Shown here in pieces: positions 28,182 through 37,648 of a stretch of 64,000 nucleotides of DNA. The translations under genes were made by a program, and so were the position numbers. Under the pieces are notes generated by a model, which saw only the letters and a list, made by a program, of their open reading frames with translations, was not told the origin of the DNA and made no database searches. Source of the stretch: Candidatus Eiseniibacteriota bacterium (lineage in GTDB: Bacteria > Eisenbacteria > RBG-16-71-46 > SZUA-252); NCBI GenBank assembly GCA_043779525.1, contig JAYWED010000031.1, forward strand, positions 4,240 to 68,239. The letters are read 5' to 3'. Within the stretch, counting starts at the first letter, position 1. The number at the start of each line of letters is the position of its first letter.

Positions 28182-28933
28182 CCGCCCGCGGACTCGGCGA
28201 GCACCGGCTCCGCCGCAAGGCCCACCGCGTCGAATCCGGCTTCCGTCCACCGCGCGCCGAACCAGGACGCGATCTCCGAGGCCAGGCTCTCAGCGAGAGC
28301 CGCCTCGAGCCGCCCGTCAGACGCATCGCCATGCTCTTCCGCGCCAAGACCCAGGATCTCTCCCAGGGACCGCGCGTTTCGTTCCAGCGCCTCGGACTCC
28401 CGCCGCGCGGCCAGCCGGAACCGCGAGATGGAGCGCGACCGGGCCGTGAGCGGGACCGATGCGTGGCAAACCGCGCCCGTCCGGCCGAAGCGCGACGCGA
28501 TCCCGGCGACCTTGAATCCCCCCGCCAGGACCTCGCCGGGCGCGCTCCCGGCGAAGCACAGCGAAGCTCCGGCGGCTGATTTCGGGCTGCGGTCCGCCGC
28601 CACCCGCGCGTCTCCCACGCCGCATGCGGACAGGGCTCCCGACAGGCACTCCGCGGCGGCGTTCGCGAAACCGCGCGGCGTGAGACCCCAGGGACCGGGA
28701 ACGCTCGCCGCGAGAGCGAATGTGAGTTCCTCTACGTGGAGGACCGCATTCCCTCCCGTGGGACGACGCACGACCTCGATCCCGGCCCGGGAGAGCCCAT
28801 CCTCGTCCCAGCCCTCAGGGTACGGCTCGCTCCGGCCGAGGCTCAGGGTCGGGCGTTCCCAGGAATACGTCCGGTACACGAGGCGGGCTTCGCCCAGCGA
28901 GACCCATCCGAGGAGCGCCCGGTCCGCCGCCAT
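28178..28933 (-). CDS. Lipoate-protein ligase / octanoyltransferase family protein (BPL_LplA_LipB catalytic domain)
   Basis: ...LGRSEPYPEGWDEDGLSRAGIEVVRRPTGGNAVLHVEELTFALAAS... and conserved Lys in GGFKVAGIASR; start taken at MAADRALLGW. Confidence 0.6.
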   Translation of the reverse strand: MAADRALLGWVSLGEARLVYRTYSWERPTLSLGRSEPYPEGWDEDGLSRAGIEVVRRPTGGNAVLHVEELTFALAASVPGPWGLTPRGFANAAAECLSGALSACGVGDARVAADRSPKSAAGASLCFAGSAPGEVLAGGFKVAGIASRFGRTGAVCHASVPLTARSRSISRFRLAARRESEALERNARSLGEILGLGAEEHGDASDGRLEAALAESLASEIASWFGARWTEAGFDAVGLAAEPVLAESAGG

Positions 28934-29021
28934 TTGCCAGGAACCGGCCGCCACGACATGCGGAAGGCGATAGAACAGGTACGGCGAACGCACTGCGGGC
29001 AACCCTCCCGCGATTATCCCG

Positions 29022-29666
29022 CTAGAGGTGAAGAACCCCCAGCCAATCATGGAGAAGGAACATGACGCGTCCGATCAGGAGCGAGATGCGCGCCATCACG
29101 GTGTAGCCATACGAGGCGCCGAAACTCACCATCAGGAAGTAGACGCCGACCCGCGCCGTCCCGCCGAGAGCGCCCTTGTGCTCTTTGGAAAAGAAGAAAA
29201 AGATGAGCGTCGTCAACAGACCGACGATCAGGATCCAGTTGCCGATGGTCGCGCCCAGGTCGTTCGCCACCCAGAGCGGCAGGATGGTGCCGTGGATCTG
29301 CTCCACGAAATCCCCCTGCCCGAATCCCGTGATGCGGAGCGCCGGGTAGACACCCAGGATCAACGCGATGGACCACCGCGAGAGCCAGTCCCCCTTCGGG
29401 AAGAAGCGCGAGAAGAGGAGGACGCCGAGCGCGAGGGGAATCAGGAGCAGGTAATCCCGATGGCCGCCCGCTCCGTGGAACAGAGGATCCAGCAAATTCG
29501 GCTTCACCACCGAGTAGTAGTTGAGGACCACGTAATATCCGGCCGAGACCCCGACGAAGAGATGCTCGCAGAGCTTGTAGGCTGGGTTGTCCTTGTAGAG
29601 GAAGCTGAAGATCCCGAGGGTGAGGAGGGCTGCGATCCAGACGCCGAGGTCCGAGCTGAGATGCAT
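29022..29666 (-). CDS. Multi-pass membrane protein, unknown function (gene 1 of uncharacterised membrane cluster)
   Basis: 214 aa, ~6 predicted TM helices, aromatic-rich; no recognisable motif. Confidence 0.5.
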   Translation of the reverse strand: MHLSSDLGVWIAALLTLGIFSFLYKDNPAYKLCEHLFVGVSAGYYVVLNYYSVVKPNLLDPLFHGAGGHRDYLLLIPLALGVLLFSRFFPKGDWLSRWSIALILGVYPALRITGFGQGDFVEQIHGTILPLWVANDLGATIGNWILIVGLLTTLIFFFFSKEHKGALGGTARVGVYFLMVSFGASYGYTVMARISLLIGRVMFLLHDWLGVLHL

Positions 29667-29667
29667 G

Positions 29668-30504
29668 CTACTTCTTCCCCGCAGTTGAGCGCTGAGGAAG
29701 CGCCGCTAGATTCCCGAGCAGGATCATGAAGGCGATGAAGATGTGCGCGAGGGACTGCGCGTCCATCCCGCGCGTCGCGAGCGCCGGATGCCCGACCAGG
29801 ACCTCGTACTCCGCGGCGCCCGCCATGCCTCCGAGCAGGCCCTGGAGCTGTCCGGCCTGGAGATACGGGTAGTACTCGGGGGCGCTCACGGCCGTCACCC
29901 CGGCCACCATCGGGACGTGGTAACGGGACACGACCTGCTGCACCCACTCCTTCGTCCCCGGGTAGCCCGCGCTGATGCTCACCAGGAGCTTGATCTGGCC
30001 GAAGTTCTCGACGCCCTTCATCACCGGGATCTGGTTCACGGGAATGCCCCGCCGATCGGCGGGATAGGTGACCGGAATGCTGCTCCCGAGCTGGGACATC
30101 ACAGCCTCATTCCCCGACTTGAAACCCAGGTTCACATAGTCGATGCCTTCCCGCTTGTGGAATTCCTCGCCGGCGATGCGGAGCACGCGGTCGGCGAGCG
30201 GCGGTCCCCCCGGATAAAGCTCGACCGAGATGATCTTGATATTTCGTGACATGAGGTGGCGCACGGCGGCCAGGTGCATCGGATAGTTCTCGGCGATCGT
30301 GCCGGGATCGTAGTCGCCCGCCAGGAGCACCGTGGCGCCCTCGGGCACGCGCTGGATCGCGTCGTAGAAGCCTCTCGCGCGGACGCTCGGCCGCACGGGG
30401 GCGATGTGGAACCCGCTCATGAGCGGCACCACGACGAGCAGCCCCACGGCGAGGAAGATCCACCGGCGGTCCAGCCGGCGGAGCGAAGAGAGGGAGAAGC
30501 TCAT
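29668..30504 (-). CDS. Bitopic membrane protein with large extracytoplasmic domain, unknown function
   Basis: N-terminal TM WIFLAVGLLVVVPLMSGF, ~220-aa soluble domain, C-terminal TM LAHIFIAFMILLGNLAAL; 1-2 nt spacing to neighbours. Confidence 0.5.
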   Translation of the reverse strand: MSFSLSSLRRLDRRWIFLAVGLLVVVPLMSGFHIAPVRPSVRARGFYDAIQRVPEGATVLLAGDYDPGTIAENYPMHLAAVRHLMSRNIKIISVELYPGGPPLADRVLRIAGEEFHKREGIDYVNLGFKSGNEAVMSQLGSSIPVTYPADRRGIPVNQIPVMKGVENFGQIKLLVSISAGYPGTKEWVQQVVSRYHVPMVAGVTAVSAPEYYPYLQAGQLQGLLGGMAGAAEYEVLVGHPALATRGMDAQSLAHIFIAFMILLGNLAALPQRSTAGKK

Positions 30505-31136
30505 CCGCCTCCCTCCGAGCCGTAGGTCCGCTCGATGCCCAGAATGATCCGGAAACCGGTGGCCATCACGCCCAGCGCCGCGCCCATGAGAATGCCGCGC
30601 TTGGCCGCGTTCTGGGGCACCTCCATGAGCCAGTCCGCCACCTGCGGCAGGGCCGGGTGGATCATGCTGCCGATCGGAACCCGCCCGAGCATGAGGATGA
30701 AGGCCGCCACCGCGAGGAGAAGCGCCTCGACGCTGCGGACGCGGAACGCGCGAAACGCGGCGGAGGCGATGAAGAACGCCAGCAGCGAGAACATGGTGGA
30801 CGACATGGCGGAATACAGATTGTTGTAGATCCAGGAGAAATGGGTGCCGTCATCCAGGTAGTGGGTCCCCTCGGAGAACCCGACCGTCATCGTGACCAGA
30901 ATTCCCATGACGAGCGCGATCTTGTAGGGCCAGTCCTTCGCGCGGCGCCGGATCTGCTCCACGTTCAGCCGGAGAATGTTCGCCATGCCCAGAACGTAGG
31001 TGAACGCGACGACGATGATCACCCACTGCTGGATCTTGTCGTACCCCGTGCGGATCAACGGATGCGGCACGAAGAACCCGATGAGGACGAAGATACCTGC
31101 GACCATCGAGATCAACAGCGGAATTTCGCGCTTCAC
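30501..31136 (-). CDS. Multi-pass membrane protein, unknown function
   Basis: 211 aa, ~6 TM helices; 4-nt overlap with downstream gene. Confidence 0.5.
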   Translation of the reverse strand: MKREIPLLISMVAGIFVLIGFFVPHPLIRTGYDKIQQWVIIVVAFTYVLGMANILRLNVEQIRRRAKDWPYKIALVMGILVTMTVGFSEGTHYLDDGTHFSWIYNNLYSAMSSTMFSLLAFFIASAAFRAFRVRSVEALLLAVAAFILMLGRVPIGSMIHPALPQVADWLMEVPQNAAKRGILMGAALGVMATGFRIILGIERTYGSEGGG

Positions 31137-31146
31137 GCTCTCGTCC

Positions 31147-32343
31147 TCATTGGGTGGCGAAGAACTCGGCCAGGCCGCGCTGGCCGAGCGTCAGGAGGAT
31201 CGCGCCGAGCACGATGGTGATGACGAGGAGGATCTTGACCGCGTCGGAAGCCTTGAGGCTCCCCAGGAGCTTCGCGTCTTTCGATAGATAGGCGCTCGCC
31301 GCGTAATACTCCTCGCCGATGAGCGTGTAGTCGCACGCGACGACGAAGAACGGAAGTTGATGGACGTTCGCGGTGCCGGCGATCTGGATGGCGCCGATCT
31401 CGTGCCCGGTCTCCGCCAGGAGGAGCGACTCGGCGAAGAAGGCGCCCAGGAGCAGATTCGCCGCCGGCCGTTCCCGGAGCATGATCCCGTTCACCGCCGC
31501 CACGTAGGCGAACTGCTCGCTGGTGATGTAGCGCACCATGTCGGAGCGGTACGCGTCGATTCTTCCGACGTCTGAATACCCGCCCTTCACGACCTCGTCC
31601 GCCACCGTGTACACGGCGGGAGAGGGGGTCGGAACCATGAGCGGCGTCTCGTACTTCGCGGTCATCCGGGCGACGTTGCCGAGGATGATCATGCTGGCGA
31701 TGGTCTGGATGTCGTCGATGTCCTGCACGCCCGGCACGTAGAGGACGCCCTTTCCCATCTCGGTCGAGCGGCCGATGGCCTCCTCGATGGCCGTGAGGCC
31801 CGCGATGGTGCGGAAGGCCCATTTCGTCCCGCGCTCCGCCTGACGGATGTAATAGAGGACCAGGGCCAGGAAGAGCGTGATCACGATGAAGACGTTCAGC
31901 TTCCCCGTGTCGAACCAGCTCGCCTGGGAGGTCGCGGCCGGCGATACATCCGAGAAGAGCGTGGCGTCGGCTAAGAGCGGAACCAGGCGGTAGCGGTAGG
32001 CCACGCCGTTCCGAACTTCGTGGGTCGCCGAGGGCTGGTCGGTGTAGCCCGCGAGGTCGCCGCCGATGGTGTCGATGGGAGCGAACGGCTTCCCGGGCTC
32101 GGCCCGGTAGAGGACCCACTCGGCCGGCGGACGCGGCGGAACCGCCCAGCGCAGCGTCACACTCGACCCGCCGTCGTTGGGGGTGTCGACCGCCTGGAGC
32201 GGAAATCCAAAAGCAGGGGTCACGAGAACGCCGAGGAAGAAAACGAGAATCCGGGCCGCGGATGTCACGCCGTAGCGTTCCTCATGGGGTAGTGCCGGCG
32301 AGCGCTCGAAGCGGACGGTAGGCTCGGAACGGGCGTATGTCAA
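31147..32343 (-). CDS. Membrane protein with N-terminal Fn3-like extracytoplasmic domain, internal TM, soluble domain and C-terminal TM; unknown function
   Basis: Signal/TM AARILVFFLGVLVTPAFG; Fn3-like SSVTLRWAVPP...YRYRLVP; TMs LNVFIVITLFLALVLYYI and AVKILLVITIVLGAILLTL. Confidence 0.5.
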   Translation of the reverse strand: MTYARSEPTVRFERSPALPHEERYGVTSAARILVFFLGVLVTPAFGFPLQAVDTPNDGGSSVTLRWAVPPRPPAEWVLYRAEPGKPFAPIDTIGGDLAGYTDQPSATHEVRNGVAYRYRLVPLLADATLFSDVSPAATSQASWFDTGKLNVFIVITLFLALVLYYIRQAERGTKWAFRTIAGLTAIEEAIGRSTEMGKGVLYVPGVQDIDDIQTIASMIILGNVARMTAKYETPLMVPTPSPAVYTVADEVVKGGYSDVGRIDAYRSDMVRYITSEQFAYVAAVNGIMLRERPAANLLLGAFFAESLLLAETGHEIGAIQIAGTANVHQLPFFVVACDYTLIGEEYYAASAYLSKDAKLLGSLKASDAVKILLVITIVLGAILLTLGQRGLAEFFATQ

Positions 32344-32355
32344 GCCGCAAGCGGC

Positions 32356-33486
32356 TCATGATTCGATCATTTCCACGTTGGCTCGCGGCAGGAGAGCCCG
32401 GGAATCGCTCCCGAAATCCACCTCCAGGACCCGCACCCGCGCTTCGGTCTCGAGCGGCATGAGCTCGGGCGGCAACGCCGTCACCCGGCCGATCCGGCCG
32501 AAATAGGGCTGCCGGATCACGCGGACCATGTCCCCTGCCTTGAGACCCCCGTCGGCTTCCTCCTCCTGCCTGCTTCGCGCGGGGGCGGAACCCTTGGGAT
32601 TCGGGGCCACGATCTCCGGACGCAGCACTCCGGCGCGGATCTGGGTCGCCCCGCTCACCGAGACGCGGCGCCCCTCGCAGGCGCGAAGCAGCTCGAAGGT
32701 CCGGGTGGCCATGGGAATCGAGCCGAACCCCTCCGTCACGATGAGGGTGATGCCCAGCTCCTCCGATCCCGTGATCGCGACGCCCAGGTCATACCCCAGG
32801 AGCTCGCGCAGATCATGATCGTCGAAGCCGCCCACCACGACCGCCTTGATCCCCAGCGCGACAGCTCTACGCAGAACCGCGGCGGTCACGTACGCCCCGC
32901 CGACGACGATCTTCCCCTTGCTCTCGGCGTCGATGGCGCGCTCCTCGAGGGGCTCGGCCGGATCGGAGACGGCCACATGCAGCTGGCCGCACGTTTCCCC
33001 GCCCACGCCGAAGATCCCCTGGATGAACGCCCCCTCGGTCTCCACGGTGACGCCCGAGCGCGGGTGGACCTCCACCACGGTTCCGTCCACGTACGCGTCC
33101 ACCTCGACCGGGATCGGCTCCTCACGGAGAAGAACCTGTCCCGTGATCTTCGAGACGCTCTCGATGGTGCCCTTCACGGGCGCGTGGCACTTGGACCGGA
33201 AGAGCCCGAAGAAGGATCGGTTCTCGGCGAAAGATTCCCCCTTGTCGATCTTGGATCCCACGGGCTTCGTGAGGCATTCCTCCACGTCCTCGGGAAGGAC
33301 GCCCAGAAGGTTCGCCGCGTTGACGGTCTGCACGTTCCCCGGAAGCTCCGTGCGCGCCACGATGGTGTCCGCCGTGACCGTCTGTCCCACCCTCACCAGC
33401 ACGTCGCCGGGGAGCGGGAGCTTCCGCTCCCTCCGGATTCTCGTGGAGGCGGTCACCTTGAGGCCGGGAGTGTAGGAGTGCGCCAT
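32356..33486 (-). CDS. Conserved hypothetical protein (376 aa), genomic partner of the GlmL-like ATPase
   Basis: No stop-codon conflicts; Gly-rich Rossmann-like stretch GIKAVVVGGFDDHDLRELLGYDLGVAITGSEELGITLIVTEGFG; barrel-like repeats at N and C termini (GDVLVRVGQTVTADTIVART / GDMVRVIRQPYFGRIGRVT); no confident family assignment. Confidence 0.45.
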   Translation of the reverse strand: MAHSYTPGLKVTASTRIRRERKLPLPGDVLVRVGQTVTADTIVARTELPGNVQTVNAANLLGVLPEDVEECLTKPVGSKIDKGESFAENRSFFGLFRSKCHAPVKGTIESVSKITGQVLLREEPIPVEVDAYVDGTVVEVHPRSGVTVETEGAFIQGIFGVGGETCGQLHVAVSDPAEPLEERAIDAESKGKIVVGGAYVTAAVLRRAVALGIKAVVVGGFDDHDLRELLGYDLGVAITGSEELGITLIVTEGFGSIPMATRTFELLRACEGRRVSVSGATQIRAGVLRPEIVAPNPKGSAPARSRQEEEADGGLKAGDMVRVIRQPYFGRIGRVTALPPELMPLETEARVRVLEVDFGSDSRALLPRANVEMIES

Positions 33487-33489
33487 GGG

Positions 33490-35352
33490 TCAGACCCTCG
33501 CCGCGAGCGGCCGGAACTCGGCCGTCGACACCTTGGCGGTCTCGCGCGGCGGATAGATGTCGAGCGCCTCGTTCCAGAGATTCAGCTTCGCGATTCGCGC
33601 GGCGCGATCCTCGGGCAGGCGGAAGGGCCGCCGTCCGCGGCAGTCGAAGATGAGCCCCACCACGCCCCCCTTCAGCGTCACGACGCGCTCCCGGCCCTTC
33701 CCTTCGCCGACGTCGAACGCCTTCTCCGGGCGGAGCGTCGCCTTCGCGGTCTCGCCGAGATCCAGCGGCACGAGCTTCAGGGATCCATAGGGAATCGAGA
33801 TCTCCTCGCGCTTCCCGCCTGGAAGCTCGAGTGTCACGCGGAGCGCCGCCATGCCGTCCTTGCCGGGACCGACCGGGGCCACGCTGCTCCCGAGCCGGAT
33901 CAGGCAGTCCTTCTCGAAGACCTCCTTGGCGGCACGCGGGTGCACCGTGGAGAGCACGCCCAGCTGCGGCATCATGAAGATCGAGTCGACCGCGAGCTCG
34001 GTGACGTGCTCGGGAAGGAACGCGTCGAGCATCATGAGGGCCGCCTGCGCACGGCGCGGCGCGTGGGAGAGGACGCCACCGCTTCCCACGAGAAGATCCA
34101 GGTGGTCGAGCCGGACCAGGGTCTCCCCGCTCGCCGTCTGCTCGAAGGTGTCCGAGATGGTGCGCTCTTGCTGTACGCCCTTCAGCCCGACCGCCAGCGA
34201 CTTGTGCTGCTCGAAGGCGAGCCGGAGCGCCTCGCGCGCGATCGCCTGCTCGATGATCAGCTCCTCCAGCGACTGGGGAATGGTCGTCGGACGGATCATC
34301 TTGTTCTTGATCCGGTTCCTGAGATCCCGCTCCTCGATCTCGAACGGCACCCAGCGTAGTATGTTCGGCAGGCCCGCCTCGGCGAGGACGTTGGAGACGC
34401 TGTAGCTCATGCCGAGGTTCGCGCTCACGGTGCGGTTGAAGACCCCCTCGAAGACCGAGAACACGTCCGTGGTGGCCCCGCCGATGTCCACGCCGACCAC
34501 CTGGATGCCTCCCTCGCGCGCGATCGTCTCGATGATGAGCCCGACCGCTCCGGGCGTCGGCATGATCGGCACCGGAGACCACGTCATGAGCTTGCGGTAT
34601 CCCGGCGCGTGGGCCATCACGTGCTCCATGAAGAGATCGTGAATCTTGTCGCGGGCCGGACCCAGGTTCTCGCGCTCGAGGACGGGACGCAGGTTCTCGG
34701 TGATCACCAGCGCGACCTTCTTCCCGAGCCGTTCCTTCACGATGTCGATCGCGTTCTTGTTTCCGGCGTAGATGACCGGCAGCTCGTATCCCGCCCCAAG
34801 CCGCGCCTTGGGGTCCGCCGCGGCGAGAAGCTCCGCCATCTCGGCCACGTGCGACGTGGTGCCGCCGTCCACGCCCCCGGAGAGGAGGATCATGTCGGGG
34901 CGGAGATGGCGGATCCGCTTGATCTTCTCGTGGGGGAGGCGGCCGTCGTTGCTCGCGATCACGTCCATCACGATCGCGCCGGCGCCCAGCGCCGCGCGCT
35001 GCGCGCTCTCGCCCGTCATGCTCTTGACCACGCCCGATACCATCATCTGGAGCCCGCCCCCGGCGCTGGAGGTGGAGAGGTAGAGATCGACTCCTTCGGT
35101 CCCGTTCTGGGGCGTGATGATCCGCTCCCCGTCCAGGATCTTCCGCCCGGCCAGCTCCTCCACTTCCATGATCGCGTTCAAGACACCGCGGGTCACGTCC
35201 TCGAAGGGCGCCTCCACCGTGGTGGGCGCTTCCCCGCGGACGATGAGGCGGTACTCCGAGCCGCGGCGCTCGATCAGGATCGCCTTGGTCGTGGTGCTGC
35301 CGCAATCCGTCGCGAGAATCGAATTCAGTTTTTCGGGATCGATGGTGCTCAC
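33490..35352 (-). CDS. GlmL/MutL-like ASKHA-superfamily ATPase (methylaspartate-mutase accessory protein family), no mutase genes nearby
   Basis: N-terminus ILATDCGSTTTKAILIE (phosphate-1), later VVGVDIGGATTDVFSV (phosphate-2) typical of actin/Hsp70/GlmL fold; 620 aa. Confidence 0.55.
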   Translation of the reverse strand: MSTIDPEKLNSILATDCGSTTTKAILIERRGSEYRLIVRGEAPTTVEAPFEDVTRGVLNAIMEVEELAGRKILDGERIITPQNGTEGVDLYLSTSSAGGGLQMMVSGVVKSMTGESAQRAALGAGAIVMDVIASNDGRLPHEKIKRIRHLRPDMILLSGGVDGGTTSHVAEMAELLAAADPKARLGAGYELPVIYAGNKNAIDIVKERLGKKVALVITENLRPVLERENLGPARDKIHDLFMEHVMAHAPGYRKLMTWSPVPIMPTPGAVGLIIETIAREGGIQVVGVDIGGATTDVFSVFEGVFNRTVSANLGMSYSVSNVLAEAGLPNILRWVPFEIEERDLRNRIKNKMIRPTTIPQSLEELIIEQAIAREALRLAFEQHKSLAVGLKGVQQERTISDTFEQTASGETLVRLDHLDLLVGSGGVLSHAPRRAQAALMMLDAFLPEHVTELAVDSIFMMPQLGVLSTVHPRAAKEVFEKDCLIRLGSSVAPVGPGKDGMAALRVTLELPGGKREEISIPYGSLKLVPLDLGETAKATLRPEKAFDVGEGKGRERVVTLKGGVVGLIFDCRGRRPFRLPEDRAARIAKLNLWNEALDIYPPRETAKVSTAEFRPLAARV

Positions 35353-35630
35353 GAAATTCCCTTTCTCCCCTTGCGGGCGCCTCGTTCCGCGCGTTCCCGC
35401 TCCCGGCGCTCCCGCTCCTCGTGGCGCGCCGCGTCGTCCCGCGCCTCGATCTTCACGAGCAGGACCTCGAGATTCTCCCGTTGCTCCATCAGGACCGCGA
35501 ACCGCTCGTAGTCCCGGACCGGGAAGAACGCGTTCACCATCGGCTCGAAGAAGTGCATCGCCTGGCTCCCCACGAAGGAGAGCGGCTTCATGCTCTCGAG
35601 GAAGAAGATGGCGGGCACCGTCATGCGGTG
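35349..35630 (-). CDS. Small hypothetical protein with Arg/Glu-rich C-terminal tail
   Basis: Likely start MTVPAIFFLESMKPLSFVGSQAMHFFEPMV...; 4-nt overlap with GlmL-like gene; start uncertain. Confidence 0.3.
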   Translation of the reverse strand, partial: HRMTVPAIFFLESMKPLSFVGSQAMHFFEPMVNAFFPVRDYERFAVLMEQRENLEVLLVKIEARDDAARHEERERRERERAERGARKGRKGIS

Positions 35631-35667
35631 CCGCACGGTGAGCTCGGCGAGCCTGTCGAGGAGCGCC

Positions 35668-36192
35668 TCATCCTCCGGAGCCCGCGGCGGCGCGCCGACC
35701 CCGGCCCCGGCGTCCGGGACCTTCCCTTCCTCCGCGCTCGAAGACGACGGGGAGCTTCGTTTCCACAAACGCCACGACTTGATCTCGGTTTCCTCCGAAG
35801 GGAAGCCTCACGCCCCGATACGCCTCGAGCCAGCTTCGCTTCTCGAATGGACTCAGGAACACCCCGCCCCGATCGACGGTCGCGCGCCGCATCTCCGACC
35901 ACGGTCTCGCCCGGGCCACTCCCAGCGCCCGGACCTCGATCGCCTCGGGCGTGAGACGATAGCGCGTCCTCGCGATGAACGACCCGACCGAGAGGAGGAC
36001 GAACACCGGCGCCGCGGCTCCCAGCACCTTGTCGCCCGTCCCCTCAGCGATCAGGACGCCGAGCACGAGGAGCGACGCCACCAGCACCGCCGCGGCCCAC
36101 GGCCGCTCGCGGGCCGGCCAGACCGACCACTCCAGCGCTTGCGGCGTCTCCCGCGCGACGGGCGCGGGGACGCGTTCCTCAACCGCCGCCAC
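35668..36192 (-). CDS. Membrane protein with two N-terminal TM helices and a small cytoplasmic (bPH-like?) domain
   Basis: TMs AAAVLVASLLVLGVLIA and APVFVLLSVGSFIA followed by ~90-aa soluble domain; start overlaps gcvPB stop by 14 nt. Confidence 0.4.
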   Translation of the reverse strand: MAAVEERVPAPVARETPQALEWSVWPARERPWAAAVLVASLLVLGVLIAEGTGDKVLGAAAPVFVLLSVGSFIARTRYRLTPEAIEVRALGVARARPWSEMRRATVDRGGVFLSPFEKRSWLEAYRGVRLPFGGNRDQVVAFVETKLPVVFERGGREGPGRRGRGRRAAAGSGG

Positions 36193-37648
36193 CCTCAGCC
36201 TCGAGATCCCGCCAGGTCAAGGTGAGCTTCCGGGCCGCACGGGCTTCGTCCAGTCGCCGCACCGGCGTCATCGTCGGCGCCTGCTTGACCCGCTCCGGAT
36301 CCTCTCTCGTCTCGCGGTCGATCGCGAGGAGCGCCTCGGCCAGGGAATCCAGGCTCGCCTTGGTCTCCGTCTCGGTCGGCTCGATCATCAACGCCTCGTC
36401 CACGATCAGCGGGAAATAGGTCGTGGGGGCGTGCATCCCGAAATCGAGGATCCGCTTGGCGATGTCCAGGGCCCTCACCCCCCGCGCCTTCTGGCGCGAG
36501 GCGGAGAGCACGAACTCGTGCATGCAATACCCCTCGTGCGACGGCGCGTAGGCCTCGGCCAGCCTGGATTTCAGGTAGTTCGCGTTCAGGATCGCCTCCC
36601 GGCTCACCTCCGCCAGGCCCGAGGCGCCGAGGCTCTTCACGTAACAGAGCGCGCGGACCAGCATTCCGAAATTGCCGTAGTAGGAGTGCACGCGGCCGAT
36701 GGACCGCGGCCGGTCGTAGTTCCAGCGGTACCCCTCGTCCGAGCGCTCCAGCACCGGAGTCGGCAGGAACGGCTCCAGATCCTGCCGCACGCAGAGCACC
36801 CCTCCTCCGGGCCCTCCGCCGCCGTGCGGCGTGGAGAAGGTCTTGTGAAGATTGATATGCGCGAAATCGAAGCCCATGGCGCCCGGGCTCGCGAGCCCTA
36901 CCAGCGCGTTCATGTTGGCGCCGTCCAGATAGAGGAGTCCGCCCGCCTCGTGCACGATGCGCGCGATCTCGCCGACCTGGCGCTCGAAGATGCCGAGCGT
37001 GTTCGGGTTGGTGAGCATGAGCGCCGCGGTCTTCCCCGACACCTCGCGCTTCAAGGCCTCGAGGTCCACACAACCGTCCGGACCCGAGGGGACGGTGACG
37101 GCGCGGTACCCGACCTGGTTCACCGTCGAAGGGTTCGTGCCGTGGGCCGAATCCGGCACGATGACCTCTTCGCGCGGGTCGCCCCGCTGCGCGTGATACG
37201 CGCGCGTCATGAGAATCGCGGTCAGCTCGCACTGCGCTCCGGCGGCCGGCTGGGTGGTGATCGCGGGCATGCCCATGATCGTCTTCAGCCACTCGTGCAA
37301 CTCCCCGATCACGGCGAGGGCCCCTTGGGAGAGCTCCTCCGGCTGGAACGGATGGATGCCCGCAAGTCCCGGCATCTGAGCCATTTCATCGTTCAGCTTC
37401 GGGTTGTACTTCATGGTGCAGGAGCCCAACGGATAGATGGCTTTGTCGATGTGGTGGTTCAGAACCGAGAGGTTGACGAAGTGCCGGACCGTGGCGGGCT
37501 CCGAGATCTCCGGAAGACCGGGGGGCTCGGCGCGGAGGCGCTCCCGCGGCAGAAGCCGTTCCGCGCCCTCCCCGGGCACGTCGAGCGGAGCGAGCCTCGG
37601 ACCCCGATGGCCCTTCACGGACAGCTCGCGCAGGGTCAGCTCCGCCAC
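36179..37648 (-). CDS. gcvPB: Glycine dehydrogenase (decarboxylating) subunit 2 (P-protein C-terminal half, PLP-binding)
   Basis: ...YPLGSCTMKYNP...HINLHKTFSTPHGGGGPGGG... (PLP-Lys motif NLHKTF). Confidence 0.95.
   Translation of the reverse strand: MAELTLRELSVKGHRGPRLAPLDVPGEGAERLLPRERLRAEPPGLPEISEPATVRHFVNLSVLNHHIDKAIYPLGSCTMKYNPKLNDEMAQMPGLAGIHPFQPEELSQGALAVIGELHEWLKTIMGMPAITTQPAAGAQCELTAILMTRAYHAQRGDPREEVIVPDSAHGTNPSTVNQVGYRAVTVPSGPDGCVDLEALKREVSGKTAALMLTNPNTLGIFERQVGEIARIVHEAGGLLYLDGANMNALVGLASPGAMGFDFAHINLHKTFSTPHGGGGPGGGVLCVRQDLEPFLPTPVLERSDEGYRWNYDRPRSIGRVHSYYGNFGMLVRALCYVKSLGASGLAEVSREAILNANYLKSRLAEAYAPSHEGYCMHEFVLSASRQKARGVRALDIAKRILDFGMHAPTTYFPLIVDEALMIEPTETETKASLDSLAEALLAIDRETREDPERVKQAPTMTPVRRLDEARAARKLTLTWRDLEAEGGGG

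Noticed and set aside
28182-28250. Start of the small 4-TM protein at the track position 28250, giving a 73-nt overlap with the lipoate-ligase-like gene
   Set aside because: The first ~23 residues are an Arg/Gly-rich non-hydrophobic stretch. An internal GTG just before the first TM helix gives a conventional 4-nt overlap instead. The start remains uncertain.
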